From IMG/VR virus record IMGVR_UViG_3300025030_000042: a stretch of 64,000 nt of DNA; one strand, given 5' to 3'. The notes beneath the pieces were generated by a model. It searched no databases and was not told the DNA's origin. It saw only the letters and a program-made list of their open reading frames with translations. The translations under genes were made by a program, and so were the position numbers. The DNA comes from a virus. Lineage: Duplodnaviria > Caudoviricetes. Shown piece by piece: positions 55,601-63,433 of the stretch (position 1 is the first letter of the stretch; every line of letters begins with the position of its first letter).

Positions 55601-58219
55601 GTATTTTGAATCAATAAGATTTTCAATAATATTGACAACATCTTGCGGAGGATCTCCGTTGATCAATGAACATACTTCGCTCGGCAATAACATTGCCGAT
55701 AAATCATCAAAAAAGTTCTTTAATATATCTTCGTCGGTTATCTCTGAAGAGATTATATTAAAGTTGACGCCGGCTTTATTTACCAAATCAACAAACGGTA
55801 TATCACCATATCTTTCGCCGTTATTTATTCCCTCGTTAGAGCAAGCATTACACAAAGATTCAAAAATGGTTCGTATTATAGATATCAAAGAAAATGTAAG
55901 TGCTTGTTTTACGGAATCTTCAATGGTTTTGCCAACATCACTTAAAATATCTTCAGTTGGTAGATTATCTGGAACGCTTATCGTCGGCAATGATGGAAGT
56001 TTAAACTTGCTCAATATTTTATCTTTTGAGAATCCAGATATAAAATCAGATAGTAGCGTTGGATCAAATCCATTTATTGCTTTACATATTTCAGATTGTG
56101 GAATAGATTCTCTCATAGCAAGAATCATTTGTTCTGAATCAGTTCCGATATTAGAGCCAGCCGGAGATTCTCTATTTATTTCTATTATTTTATTTTGAAC
56201 GCCCTCGTAGTGTTCCATCGGCAAAAGATTTGACACTTCATTCAAATCTTCATACGACATTGATTCTAATATTGACTGACACCCTATATTAAACAACTCG
56301 TCTGGAGAGAAATCATAAGTCAAACACGATGACACCAACGAAATAAGAGTTTTCAAATCCACTCTGTTCAAAACTTCTTTATAAACATCATCAAGCGTTT
56401 GAACCCTATCGAGAATGGCTACAATCTCCTCACATGATAAAAAATCATCCCCTACAAAATCAACTGTCGTAGAACGCTCTCTTTGGGTGTTTTCTCGGTA
56501 TTCTGTATTAAAGATTTTTAAATCTTCATTTTCCTTTTGCTCCGTCGTCTTTAACGGACCATCAGTATCTATTGTTGGTTTGCCGCTATTAAAATCTGGT
56601 AATGGACAACTATACTCTTGAACAAACTTTATCCAACTCTTTCTATTTGTCCTCTTCAAATCTTTTATCATTGCTTCAAGATAAAAGATATATCCCATTG
56701 TCCTTTCATATTTAACAGGTTCGCTTCTTTTAAAGCAATCAAATCCAATGCGCAACGGAACAGAAACACCCGTTTGATTTATTAAAACATATGCTACTTG
56801 AAAACAAGGCCCTTCAAACCCTATTTCAAATGTATCTTCTTCCTTTTCTCTTAACTCAAAATCATTATCTTTCAAAAACTTTACGAATACTGGAATAAAT
56901 GATCTTAACCTTTTTGCTTCCAAGCGAAGATCTATATCGGTCGTTCCAGTCCATTTATCCGCATCTTTGGCATATTCCTCAAAATCTTTAGCAACATATT
57001 CAATGTTTTTTCTTATCTTTGACGAATAAAAATGTGTTGTCTTCCAATCAAAAGGTATGGATCCTTCAACGTTGGGAATATCTGATAAAAAGTCTGCTTG
57101 ACGCGGAATGGCATCAAAAAACCTTGACGGTATTTTAACAAGAAACTTTAACTTGGAGTTCGGTCTTTCATCAAGAAACCACTCTTTAACTTCGGCAAAC
57201 TGATATGAAGTCATCAGTTTTTGAACATATGTAAAATCTCTTTGCTTATCGTAAAACTCCAACAAAAGTTCCACGCCCGTTAGAAGTGCTTCTTTTTTTT
57301 GTTGTTCCAACTCCAAATCATCGGTAGATTCGTGTTCCGTTGTTATCGTTATATAATAACCACAAGTCGGTTCATCAAAAAAAGGTTCACATTCGGTTAG
57401 TTTTGTCCAATCTGGAAATGGTATTTTGCGTGGCGGAACATTTGATATTTGTTCTATACATTTTTCACAGTTTGTTGGAAGAAGTGGAGCGGTTTTATCA
57501 AGTGGATGAATAAACTCCGCAAAACAAAATACTTTTTTTGTTTTTTGGATTTCTTTAACTTTGTCATATTTCGCATTTAAATCCGTAACTTCAACTTGAG
57601 CCCATAAACACTCAAAACCAACGCCCCATTCTATAACTTTTAATATCGTCCCGTTATCCATCATAAGGATAAGTTGTCCCTTATCCTTTGTATCCTCCCA
57701 AGCGTTTTTGCCTACCTTTACATAAGCAGGAGCATAACGCAACGCAAGTCTGCTCTTTGGATCTTTGGTTAAAACAAAGTGAGTTCCGGCGCCAATATCG
57801 GCTGCCTGCGGAGGATCGGGAACTTTTGGTGATTCAACCTGTTCTGATTGAGATTCTACTGGTTTTGTAGATACAGAGTTTGTGGACTGTCCAGAATCTT
57901 CTTGAATAACACGCCAAGTCGAGTAATCAAGAGTTCCAAGAATCTTATCAAAATCAGCATCAGAAAGATTACCTACTTTTTTGATTCTTTCTTTATTTCT
58001 TTTCTGATATTCTGAAAGATATAATCGCGATTCTTTTTCAAAGTTCCCATAAATATTGGCGTCTTTAAAAGAAAATCCTTTACCGAAGTCTTTTAGGAAG
58101 TTTTGAGCCTTTTGAACCTCTGGAAGACTCTGTAAAAAATCTTGTAGTTTTTTAACAGCATCACCTGTATCGCCAAACTTCAAAGGTGGATCTGTTAGTT
58201 TTTGTGGTAGTTCAGCCAT
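52649..58219 (-). CDS. Very large virion protein with an N-terminal peptidoglycan-binding domain and SH3-like segment
   Basis: LKFGDTGDAVKKLQDFL (PG_binding_1-like); LALRYAP...TILKVIEWG...WAQVEV (SH3b-like); long helical body. Confidence 0.6.
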   Translation of the reverse strand: MAELPQKLTDPPLKFGDTGDAVKKLQDFLQSLPEVQKAQNFLKDFGKGFSFKDANIYGNFEKESRLYLSEYQKRNKERIKKVGNLSDADFDKILGTLDYSTWRVIQEDSGQSTNSVSTKPVESQSEQVESPKVPDPPQAADIGAGTHFVLTKDPKSRLALRYAPAYVKVGKNAWEDTKDKGQLILMMDNGTILKVIEWGVGFECLWAQVEVTDLNAKYDKVKEIQKTKKVFCFAEFIHPLDKTAPLLPTNCEKCIEQISNVPPRKIPFPDWTKLTECEPFFDEPTCGYYITITTEHESTDDLELEQQKKEALLTGVELLLEFYDKQRDFTYVQKLMTSYQFAEVKEWFLDERPNSKLKFLVKIPSRFFDAIPRQADFLSDIPNVEGSIPFDWKTTHFYSSKIRKNIEYVAKDFEEYAKDADKWTGTTDIDLRLEAKRLRSFIPVFVKFLKDNDFELREKEEDTFEIGFEGPCFQVAYVLINQTGVSVPLRIGFDCFKRSEPVKYERTMGYIFYLEAMIKDLKRTNRKSWIKFVQEYSCPLPDFNSGKPTIDTDGPLKTTEQKENEDLKIFNTEYRENTQRERSTTVDFVGDDFLSCEEIVAILDRVQTLDDVYKEVLNRVDLKTLISLVSSCLTYDFSPDELFNIGCQSILESMSYEDLNEVSNLLPMEHYEGVQNKIIEINRESPAGSNIGTDSEQMILAMRESIPQSEICKAINGFDPTLLSDFISGFSKDKILSKFKLPSLPTISVPDNLPTEDILSDVGKTIEDSVKQALTFSLISIIRTIFESLCNACSNEGINNGERYGDIPFVDLVNKAGVNFNIISSEITDEDILKNFFDDLSAMLLPSEVCSLINGDPPQDVVNIIENLIDSKYPSLRKIFPNKEKIKELFLLLGQYVDKKVCEQLNERIPDSCENVSLDKFRKCILEGRMSSKQIDEQLSEKKKRNAEKIKLFSKLNESFFQGVIPNFDNKNCFLNKDPLSVSYLNEKTVDVMFSGIQFAFENDVSSFLQGMISNLQDGLKTDVENFKKAYDIRLKKLSDLSKEDSNILMSDMLSGLFDSKNITILPDLKQSLSTVDNFVKKDGVSSVNTTYVFNGTKSRNKELEEIRKNISLRNKKATKEQTVAVLEEKEQSKLAKPTSIGGLVNTSNMSSGLIQQNKECEQEKKEKQYTSYITEITEIKEDLALSLLSDKSLVEYLLLQSKDIHDTYRTIIDTNTELLDISVNKNIDVETKNIISKMNVGLDDSTSPQQKVFSDFIVKLWSPILKNDIDKISKNDSEFVSYFRNDVFNKLTQFFIQQTALQISNSSLFNIKEFNKLDLLKNDRVQTFNTSCPPNNKNGLLNINEIKQNTKDKFDQVCGNNQQSAVETAGLSGATKTIVKIYILDVLLKNIFTFSTFKVADILNSDLFVKFVVEKIKADINKEQNEVKNIIFDTIKKEIGSGTINPNNTDEPNETIKNDPSSPDFISGIYHLEELIKIELNEISSNIESIFRSPKNVTLNHYFLNNWMLTPEDVPEAIESERFFVDVKGKQTLGKNRYAEGGLILEKYVRTKTLNGRGVDVVQRPSQFFLTEKEFGKEQKRCGNFGLRLTYIPELKSDSKMLKIMKKFNIDQNKAVQYKAFSLEKNMVFSIPLISVEDEEMDLTTDKPIGREEENKIIERLKQKLVETEEYKLLFRFVFPLERFLTLISIYNVVFLERHYDREVFENTKKELFSLIRTLTPDRMWWKREDPNVEGAGDNVGIRAEYMRNLTTAGAKGYESMARMTVPLLIKGLAETYDPSYKLIKSLGLPLNPGSILPVAPVNIFGPFGFGPPIGPYGFGALAAGLLPGEQERENQKEMEKKTENGEVCAEEDNK

Positions 58220-58221
58220 TT

Positions 58222-59145
58222 TTAGTTAGTATTATTCCATCGCGATAAAACATATTTTTGACCTGCTGAAGATAAATAAGTTATTTTGAATGCTGCCAGA
58301 TTTTTCTTAATATTGACCAACGATGTTTTAACTTTTGTTAAATAATCTATTGCCGCTTTAGTTCCTTTAATAGATACTGTTTGACTTGGGGTAGTCGGAG
58401 CACTAAAGTAGGGCGAAATATGCCAATGATTTTGGATAGTTGCGTTATAATCGTATTGAATCATCAACATAGCGTCCACGGCGCCAACAAGAGAATCGAT
58501 ATGAAATGTAAGACGCTCCAACGCCTCTACAAGATTATCACCCTTCGCCATCGGTTGTAAATCTTCGTCGTCATTTCCCGCAATAAGATCTATTCCCTTT
58601 ATAGATATAACCTCCCCACCTTGCGAGTTTTTCAAATCCCCACCCGTTACAAGTTTTATTCCCTCTCTCGCAATGATTCTAACAGCATCAGCTTTTAATC
58701 CAATCGCTGAACGAACTTTACTGTTTCCTACCTTACCCTCCGTTAAATCAAAATATTCGTCTATATCCGCCTTCTGCGAAATATATATCCTTGCCGTATC
58801 TCTTTTAAAATCTGGATCACACCAAAGTTGTTCATTATTTTGATTTATTTTTTTTGATTCCGCCCCTATTCTTCCAACGACAATATCGATACTCGAACAT
58901 TGAGTATCGCCCTTACCCCCATATCCGGATATTCTTGAACCGGAACGATCTTTACCTAAAACGATATAGGCGTTTCCTTGAGAATATACTTTTTCTGATT
59001 TAGTTGTTAGAAAATGAGGGAGTGGTTCCGGAATGATATCGCCAGCAGTTCCGTTTGGTTTAAAACGATCATCCAGTTCGGAAATATATTCTTTAGTTTT
59101 TTCCTCAAATCCGCCTAAATCTATTGCTTTTTTATGATTTTTCAA
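58222..59145 (-). CDS. Baseplate central spike (gp5 C-terminal/gpV-like) with an HxH tip
   Basis: AYIVLGKDR, IDIVVGR, PMAKGDNLVEALE, NHWHISPYFSAPTTPS. Confidence 0.65.
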   Translation of the reverse strand: MKNHKKAIDLGGFEEKTKEYISELDDRFKPNGTAGDIIPEPLPHFLTTKSEKVYSQGNAYIVLGKDRSGSRISGYGGKGDTQCSSIDIVVGRIGAESKKINQNNEQLWCDPDFKRDTARIYISQKADIDEYFDLTEGKVGNSKVRSAIGLKADAVRIIAREGIKLVTGGDLKNSQGGEVISIKGIDLIAGNDDEDLQPMAKGDNLVEALERLTFHIDSLVGAVDAMLMIQYDYNATIQNHWHISPYFSAPTTPSQTVSIKGTKAAIDYLTKVKTSLVNIKKNLAAFKITYLSSAGQKYVLSRWNNTN

Positions 59146-59384
59146 ATATTATAAGACTCCAACTTTTTTAAATGTTGTTTAAAAAAAGTTATCTTTTTAT
59201 CATTCCAACCATTATATAGATACATTTCTACTTCTGGTTCTTTTACCCAAAATATTTTATATGCCACTTCATAATCGTCTATATTTTCTGCCATATATTC
59301 TCCAATAACCATATAAATCATTCCAATACTTTTTTTATAGTTGATATGTTCAATCAAATCTCCAACTTTAAGCATTTTTAACAT
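59142..59384 (-). CDS. Small KOW/SH3-like (KVGDL) protein
   Basis: MLKVGDLIEHI...IGMIY...YKIFWV; overlaps both neighbours. Confidence 0.55.
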   Translation of the reverse strand: MLKMLKVGDLIEHINYKKSIGMIYMVIGEYMAENIDDYEVAYKIFWVKEPEVEMYLYNGWNDKKITFFKQHLKKLESYNI

Positions 59385-61650
59385 CCTTCATCGTGACCAC
59401 ACAAGATTGCGCCACAGATATCTGGCTTGTCGGTATTATGCCTCCGGTAGTGTTGATTTGACCTATATTTGCAACAACTACCGCATAGTTATCGGTAAAC
59501 TCTTTTCCAGTTAACCAACTTTCTTTTGGTAACCTCATTTCATAATGCCATGCTTCGTGTTGATAGTTTTGGATACCAAATAAATAGGAGTTTTCTTTCA
59601 ACCATTTATATAATTTTGTTTGTTTTTGTTGTTCATTGATTTTACTATTTGGAGTCAATCCAAGATTTCCAAGATCAAATGCTAATCCAAGTTCGTGTGG
59701 TGAATTATAGGCTAGCAATTTTCTCCCTTTTTCTATGGAACCATATTTCGATATCAAAACTTGCTCATAATGTTCTCTGCTTTTCCAGCGATGTTGTCTC
59801 CAGCCACTTGCCACTTTTATTTCTTGTTCCCCGGTATCTTTTTGCCACTTCGCATTCATCGCCATAAATCTTTTGGCAACTAATATATGTAAATATTGTT
59901 GTCCCCCAACACTTGGAATTTTTACCAACAATCCACTATCAAAACTCAAAGGTATTCCATAATCTTTAACATACACTCTGCTTTCTTTAAATGGTTCTGC
60001 CTTTTTTAAAGAAACGCCTTGTGGTATCTTCGTTTGAGTTCCAGTTTTTATTTTAGCGCTTGGTGAAGTAGGAGCATTACCTGTAACTGGAGATTTACTG
60101 TCTGGTTGTTTAGGAATTTGATTTTTTGTTGTCTCCGGAGGATTTTCGTCATCCGCGATTTGTTCAGGTTTTGACAAAGTATTACTATTTGTTGATTCAT
60201 TTTTATTTGGACCGACATATTGTAACGCATAATCACCAATATCTCTATGAGACTTGCCATTTAATACTTCAATATTTACATTTTTTACACTTGCCGATAT
60301 TTTATTTTTAAAATCTTTTGCTTTTTTAAATGGCGTTCCTTTTTCTTGAACCAATATATCATATTGAACATTTGAATCTTTGCTTACATATTTATCCCAA
60401 ACGCTTTGAATATAATCTCCAAAATCGCCATCCGAAAAAACAATCTTATTTGGTTTAACGAAATCAAAACTTAGCGATGCTGTCTTTATAGCACCGCCAC
60501 CAGCAGAATGACCAACAATGGTTATATATCCCACATTCAAAGAACTGGAAAAACTTTCTTTTAAAATATTCAAAACTTCTTGGTGAAATCTTCCAAAGTT
60601 ATCCTTTCCCGTCCAAGCACTTGTTTGTCTGCCGGTAGGTGTTTTGGTATTTATACTCCACGGAAGTTCTGGGATTATAATAACAAAGTTTCTTTTTTGT
60701 TCTTTCGACATTTTTTTTGAGGACTGTATAATCCTTTTCTCAAAATCATGTCCATCTCCAAACTCTTTAAATCCGTGGAAATAATAAATAAGTTCTACTG
60801 GCGCTGAAAAATCAGTAGACACTGGAGAATAAATGATTGTTTCTCTTTTTCCGGAAAGATGTTGTTCGTCTTGAAGACCATTGGAAGGCAGATTTCCTAT
60901 CCAGGATATTCCTTTTATATTATTTTTTTCTATTGCCTTCACCCATTTATTTACTACTATTGGAGAAAACTTGTGTCCCTTCAACAACTTATTTTCGCCC
61001 AATACAGAACTGTAAGATTTTCTTGGCAATAATGGAAGTCCTGTATGAGATAACGCTTTATTTTTTCCAGGAATATCCGAGCCTTTTGGAGTATTTGAGT
61101 TTAATCCTCCGGAACAACTGTTGTGCTGTGTTGCTCCACTTACAGATCCAACGGAAGTTGGCGCGGTATTTGTATTATCTACCGGTCGAATATACATTGG
61201 ATCTTGATAGTTTACTTTATCAACAAAATCTACCCACACTAACGAACCGACTTGAGGAGATGGAACTTGATCGCTTTGCGCAATAAATGTTGGATACATT
61301 TCTATGGTCGCTATATCATTATTATTTTCTGGTATTGGTAACGCGGAATGTATTTCTGGTATTCTTGCTTTAATACGGACGAATTTTGGTTTTGAGTCTT
61401 CGGATCCTAAAAAAGAACCAAAAAAGTCAGACACCCAACTTCCTGCTTCTGGTTTTGAAGGAACTTCTTCTACTTGTAAAACGATTGCTTTAAATGGTCC
61501 AACATTTGCCAGGGCATTTGGAGTAAAAACTTGTTCCGTTATTCTTTTAAATAACTTTATTGGGTCGTCGGTATAGAAATCAATCTTTTCGGTGATTTGA
61601 GGGATCTGAATGGGGTTCAGAACGCCGTGAGATGGAATCTTCGGAGGCAT
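59368..61650 (-). CDS. gp5-like hub protein: OB-fold, alpha/beta hydrolase and M15 (VanY-like) peptidase
   Basis: PQVGSLVWVDFVD (OB-fold); YYFHG and VGHSAGG (GxSxG); SGWR, SPHELGLAFD (Hx6D) and EAWHY (Zn peptidase). Confidence 0.8.
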   Translation of the reverse strand: MPPKIPSHGVLNPIQIPQITEKIDFYTDDPIKLFKRITEQVFTPNALANVGPFKAIVLQVEEVPSKPEAGSWVSDFFGSFLGSEDSKPKFVRIKARIPEIHSALPIPENNNDIATIEMYPTFIAQSDQVPSPQVGSLVWVDFVDKVNYQDPMYIRPVDNTNTAPTSVGSVSGATQHNSCSGGLNSNTPKGSDIPGKNKALSHTGLPLLPRKSYSSVLGENKLLKGHKFSPIVVNKWVKAIEKNNIKGISWIGNLPSNGLQDEQHLSGKRETIIYSPVSTDFSAPVELIYYFHGFKEFGDGHDFEKRIIQSSKKMSKEQKRNFVIIIPELPWSINTKTPTGRQTSAWTGKDNFGRFHQEVLNILKESFSSSLNVGYITIVGHSAGGGAIKTASLSFDFVKPNKIVFSDGDFGDYIQSVWDKYVSKDSNVQYDILVQEKGTPFKKAKDFKNKISASVKNVNIEVLNGKSHRDIGDYALQYVGPNKNESTNSNTLSKPEQIADDENPPETTKNQIPKQPDSKSPVTGNAPTSPSAKIKTGTQTKIPQGVSLKKAEPFKESRVYVKDYGIPLSFDSGLLVKIPSVGGQQYLHILVAKRFMAMNAKWQKDTGEQEIKVASGWRQHRWKSREHYEQVLISKYGSIEKGRKLLAYNSPHELGLAFDLGNLGLTPNSKINEQQKQTKLYKWLKENSYLFGIQNYQHEAWHYEMRLPKESWLTGKEFTDNYAVVVANIGQINTTGGIIPTSQISVAQSCVVTMKDVKNA

Positions 61651-61652
61651 TT

Positions 61653-61952
61653 TTATTTTGTTTCATTTATTTCGCTAAATAGATCATTAGCTTCTTCTTC
61701 TGATAGTTCTATACTATTTTCTCCAGTTTCTTTTTTTCTTAATATCTCACCAATTTTAATTAACTGTTCGTTTGATCTTTGAAGCGCTTCAACATATTTA
61801 GCAAGTATCAATCCTGCTTTGGGAATATTTTCTTCATTTTTCTTTATATATTCAAGCGATGTAAGATAACCTATACCAGCTCGATCGCGATCATCGTTGA
61901 TATTTTTTAATGCTTGTATTAATGCTTCTTCTGAGGTTTTACTTTTTGCCAT
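61653..61952 (-). CDS. Hypothetical helical protein
   Basis: ATG at 61952 directly after the late motif; YVEALQRSNEQLIKI. Confidence 0.65.
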   Translation of the reverse strand: MAKSKTSEEALIQALKNINDDRDRAGIGYLTSLEYIKKNEENIPKAGLILAKYVEALQRSNEQLIKIGEILRKKETGENSIELSEEEANDLFSEINETK

Positions 61953-61958
61953 CACAAA

Positions 61959-61966
61959 TAAATAGA
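61959..61966 (-). promoter_or_regulatory. Putative late promoter, variant TCTATTTA
   Basis: TCTATTTA-TTTGT-G-ATG right after the sigma-factor stop. Confidence 0.6.
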
Positions 61967-61974
61967 TATATTAT

Positions 61975-62694
61975 CTAAATATCACCATTATTCCAATCTT
62001 GTCTAAAATCAATGTAACATATTTTAAGTTTCTTTAAAACTTGGACTATTTGTTTGGTGTTTAAATCGGTAAGTTCTCTAATATTAAAGTATATTGCCTT
62101 TTTATTAAAAATCTCTATTTTATCGGCATTTTCATAGAGATAGTTTATAGCCCACAAAACTTTTCCTTCTGTAGTAGAAGAATCATATTCATATTTCCAA
62201 TCCTCCATCTCTTTTAAAAAGAAATTATTAAATTCCGACTTTTCTCTCTTTCTATTGTAGGGATTTTCAACCGAAAAAAAAGCATTTTGATCTTCTATGG
62301 AAAGATTTTCATAACTAACTTCCTCTTTCATTCTTTTACTTTTCTTCTTTGTTTGTTGAATGAAAAAGTTTTTACTTATTACTGAAAAATACGAAAACGC
62401 CTTATATCCTCTTTTAACATCAAATTTATTTAATATTGTTACGAGAAAAACCTTACACTCTTGTTTTAAAATATCTATATTTGGAAGTTTATTAAATCTA
62501 TAAGTAAGAACAATCTTATCAACCATTTCGTTAAATGCCGGCGCTATAAGATCATTATAAAGAGATTCTCTGATGTCCCTTAAATCCGTCTTAACATAAT
62601 CCAAAATTGCTTCTTCGTGGACTTTCGTAAAATACAAATTCTTAGTTCTTTTTGCTCGTTTCCGAGTTATTTCTTCACACAAGAGAATCATCAT
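61975..62694 (-). CDS. Phage RNA polymerase sigma factor (candidate late, gp55-like)
   Basis: Region 2 motif LNKFDVKRGYKAFSYFSVISKNFFIQ; YFTKVHEEAILDY N-terminus; C-terminal HTH-like segment. Confidence 0.75.
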   Translation of the reverse strand: MMILLCEEITRKRAKRTKNLYFTKVHEEAILDYVKTDLRDIRESLYNDLIAPAFNEMVDKIVLTYRFNKLPNIDILKQECKVFLVTILNKFDVKRGYKAFSYFSVISKNFFIQQTKKKSKRMKEEVSYENLSIEDQNAFFSVENPYNRKREKSEFNNFFLKEMEDWKYEYDSSTTEGKVLWAINYLYENADKIEIFNKKAIYFNIRELTDLNTKQIVQVLKKLKICYIDFRQDWNNGDI

Positions 62695-62992
62695 CCCCTT
62701 CTTGTTCTTCTTCTATTTCTTCAACAATATCATATGTTTTTTTTCGTTCCTTTATTTTTTGAACTACATCTTTGGCGTGTTTTAAAAGTTGTTCTAGCGT
62801 GTCATCTCCGTGAAAAACTGGAAGTTCATAAACTTTTTCTAAATGTAATAAAAAATCTTTTAATAAATCATATACTTCCGTTACATCTTGATACATAAAA
62901 TCTGCTTTCTTAAGAAGTTCTCTAATATACCAAATCAATAAAATCAGAGAACTTAAAAAAACAACATTAAGAAGTATTAAAAATATTATCAT
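62675..62992 (-). CDS. Membrane-anchored hypothetical protein
   Basis: N-terminal TM IIFLILLNVVFLSSLILLIWY followed by a coiled coil. Confidence 0.65.
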   Translation of the reverse strand: MIIFLILLNVVFLSSLILLIWYIRELLKKADFMYQDVTEVYDLLKDFLLHLEKVYELPVFHGDDTLEQLLKHAKDVVQKIKERKKTYDIVEEIEEEQEGDDDSLV

Positions 62993-63234
62993 TTTCTATT
63001 TTCTTCCAGTTCCTTTTTCATTTCACTTAAATCTTTTCTTATTTCTTCAATATGTTTTTTTGTTACTTTTCCGACATTGCTGGATTGAACAATCGTCGGA
63101 ATAGTTAAAACATTTACCATTGATTTTTTTGAACCACACCTGTCACAATCTTTTGATTCACCACACTCATCTGGAGAATGATTTAATGTGATTATCGCTT
63201 CGCATTTTTCACATTCATAAGCATATCGTGGCAT
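62989..63234 (-). CDS. FmdB-family zinc-ribbon protein
   Basis: Likely start MPRYAYECEKC at 63234; CDRCGS. Confidence 0.75.
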   Translation of the reverse strand: MPRYAYECEKCEAIITLNHSPDECGESKDCDRCGSKKSMVNVLTIPTIVQSSNVGKVTKKHIEEIRKDLSEMKKELEENRK

Positions 63235-63235
63235 T

Positions 63236-63433
63236 TTATTCTTCCGATTGTTCTTCATCATTTAGATTGATTTGAAACTTTGGCGGATTTATAACTTCCA
63301 ACTCTCCTTGATCGTTTTTAACAAACTCCAAGTCTTTTAGAATTTCAACAATGTCACTTTGTTCTGCCAATGACTTTACAAGCGCCATTGTTAAACAGCT
63401 CATACTTTGATGACTCAACTTTAAATTTTCCAT
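63236..63433 (-). CDS. Hypothetical small protein
   Basis: 65-aa ORF overlapping the gmd stop. Confidence 0.6.
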   Translation of the reverse strand: MENLKLSHQSMSCLTMALVKSLAEQSDIVEILKDLEFVKNDQGELEVINPPKFQINLNDEEQSEE

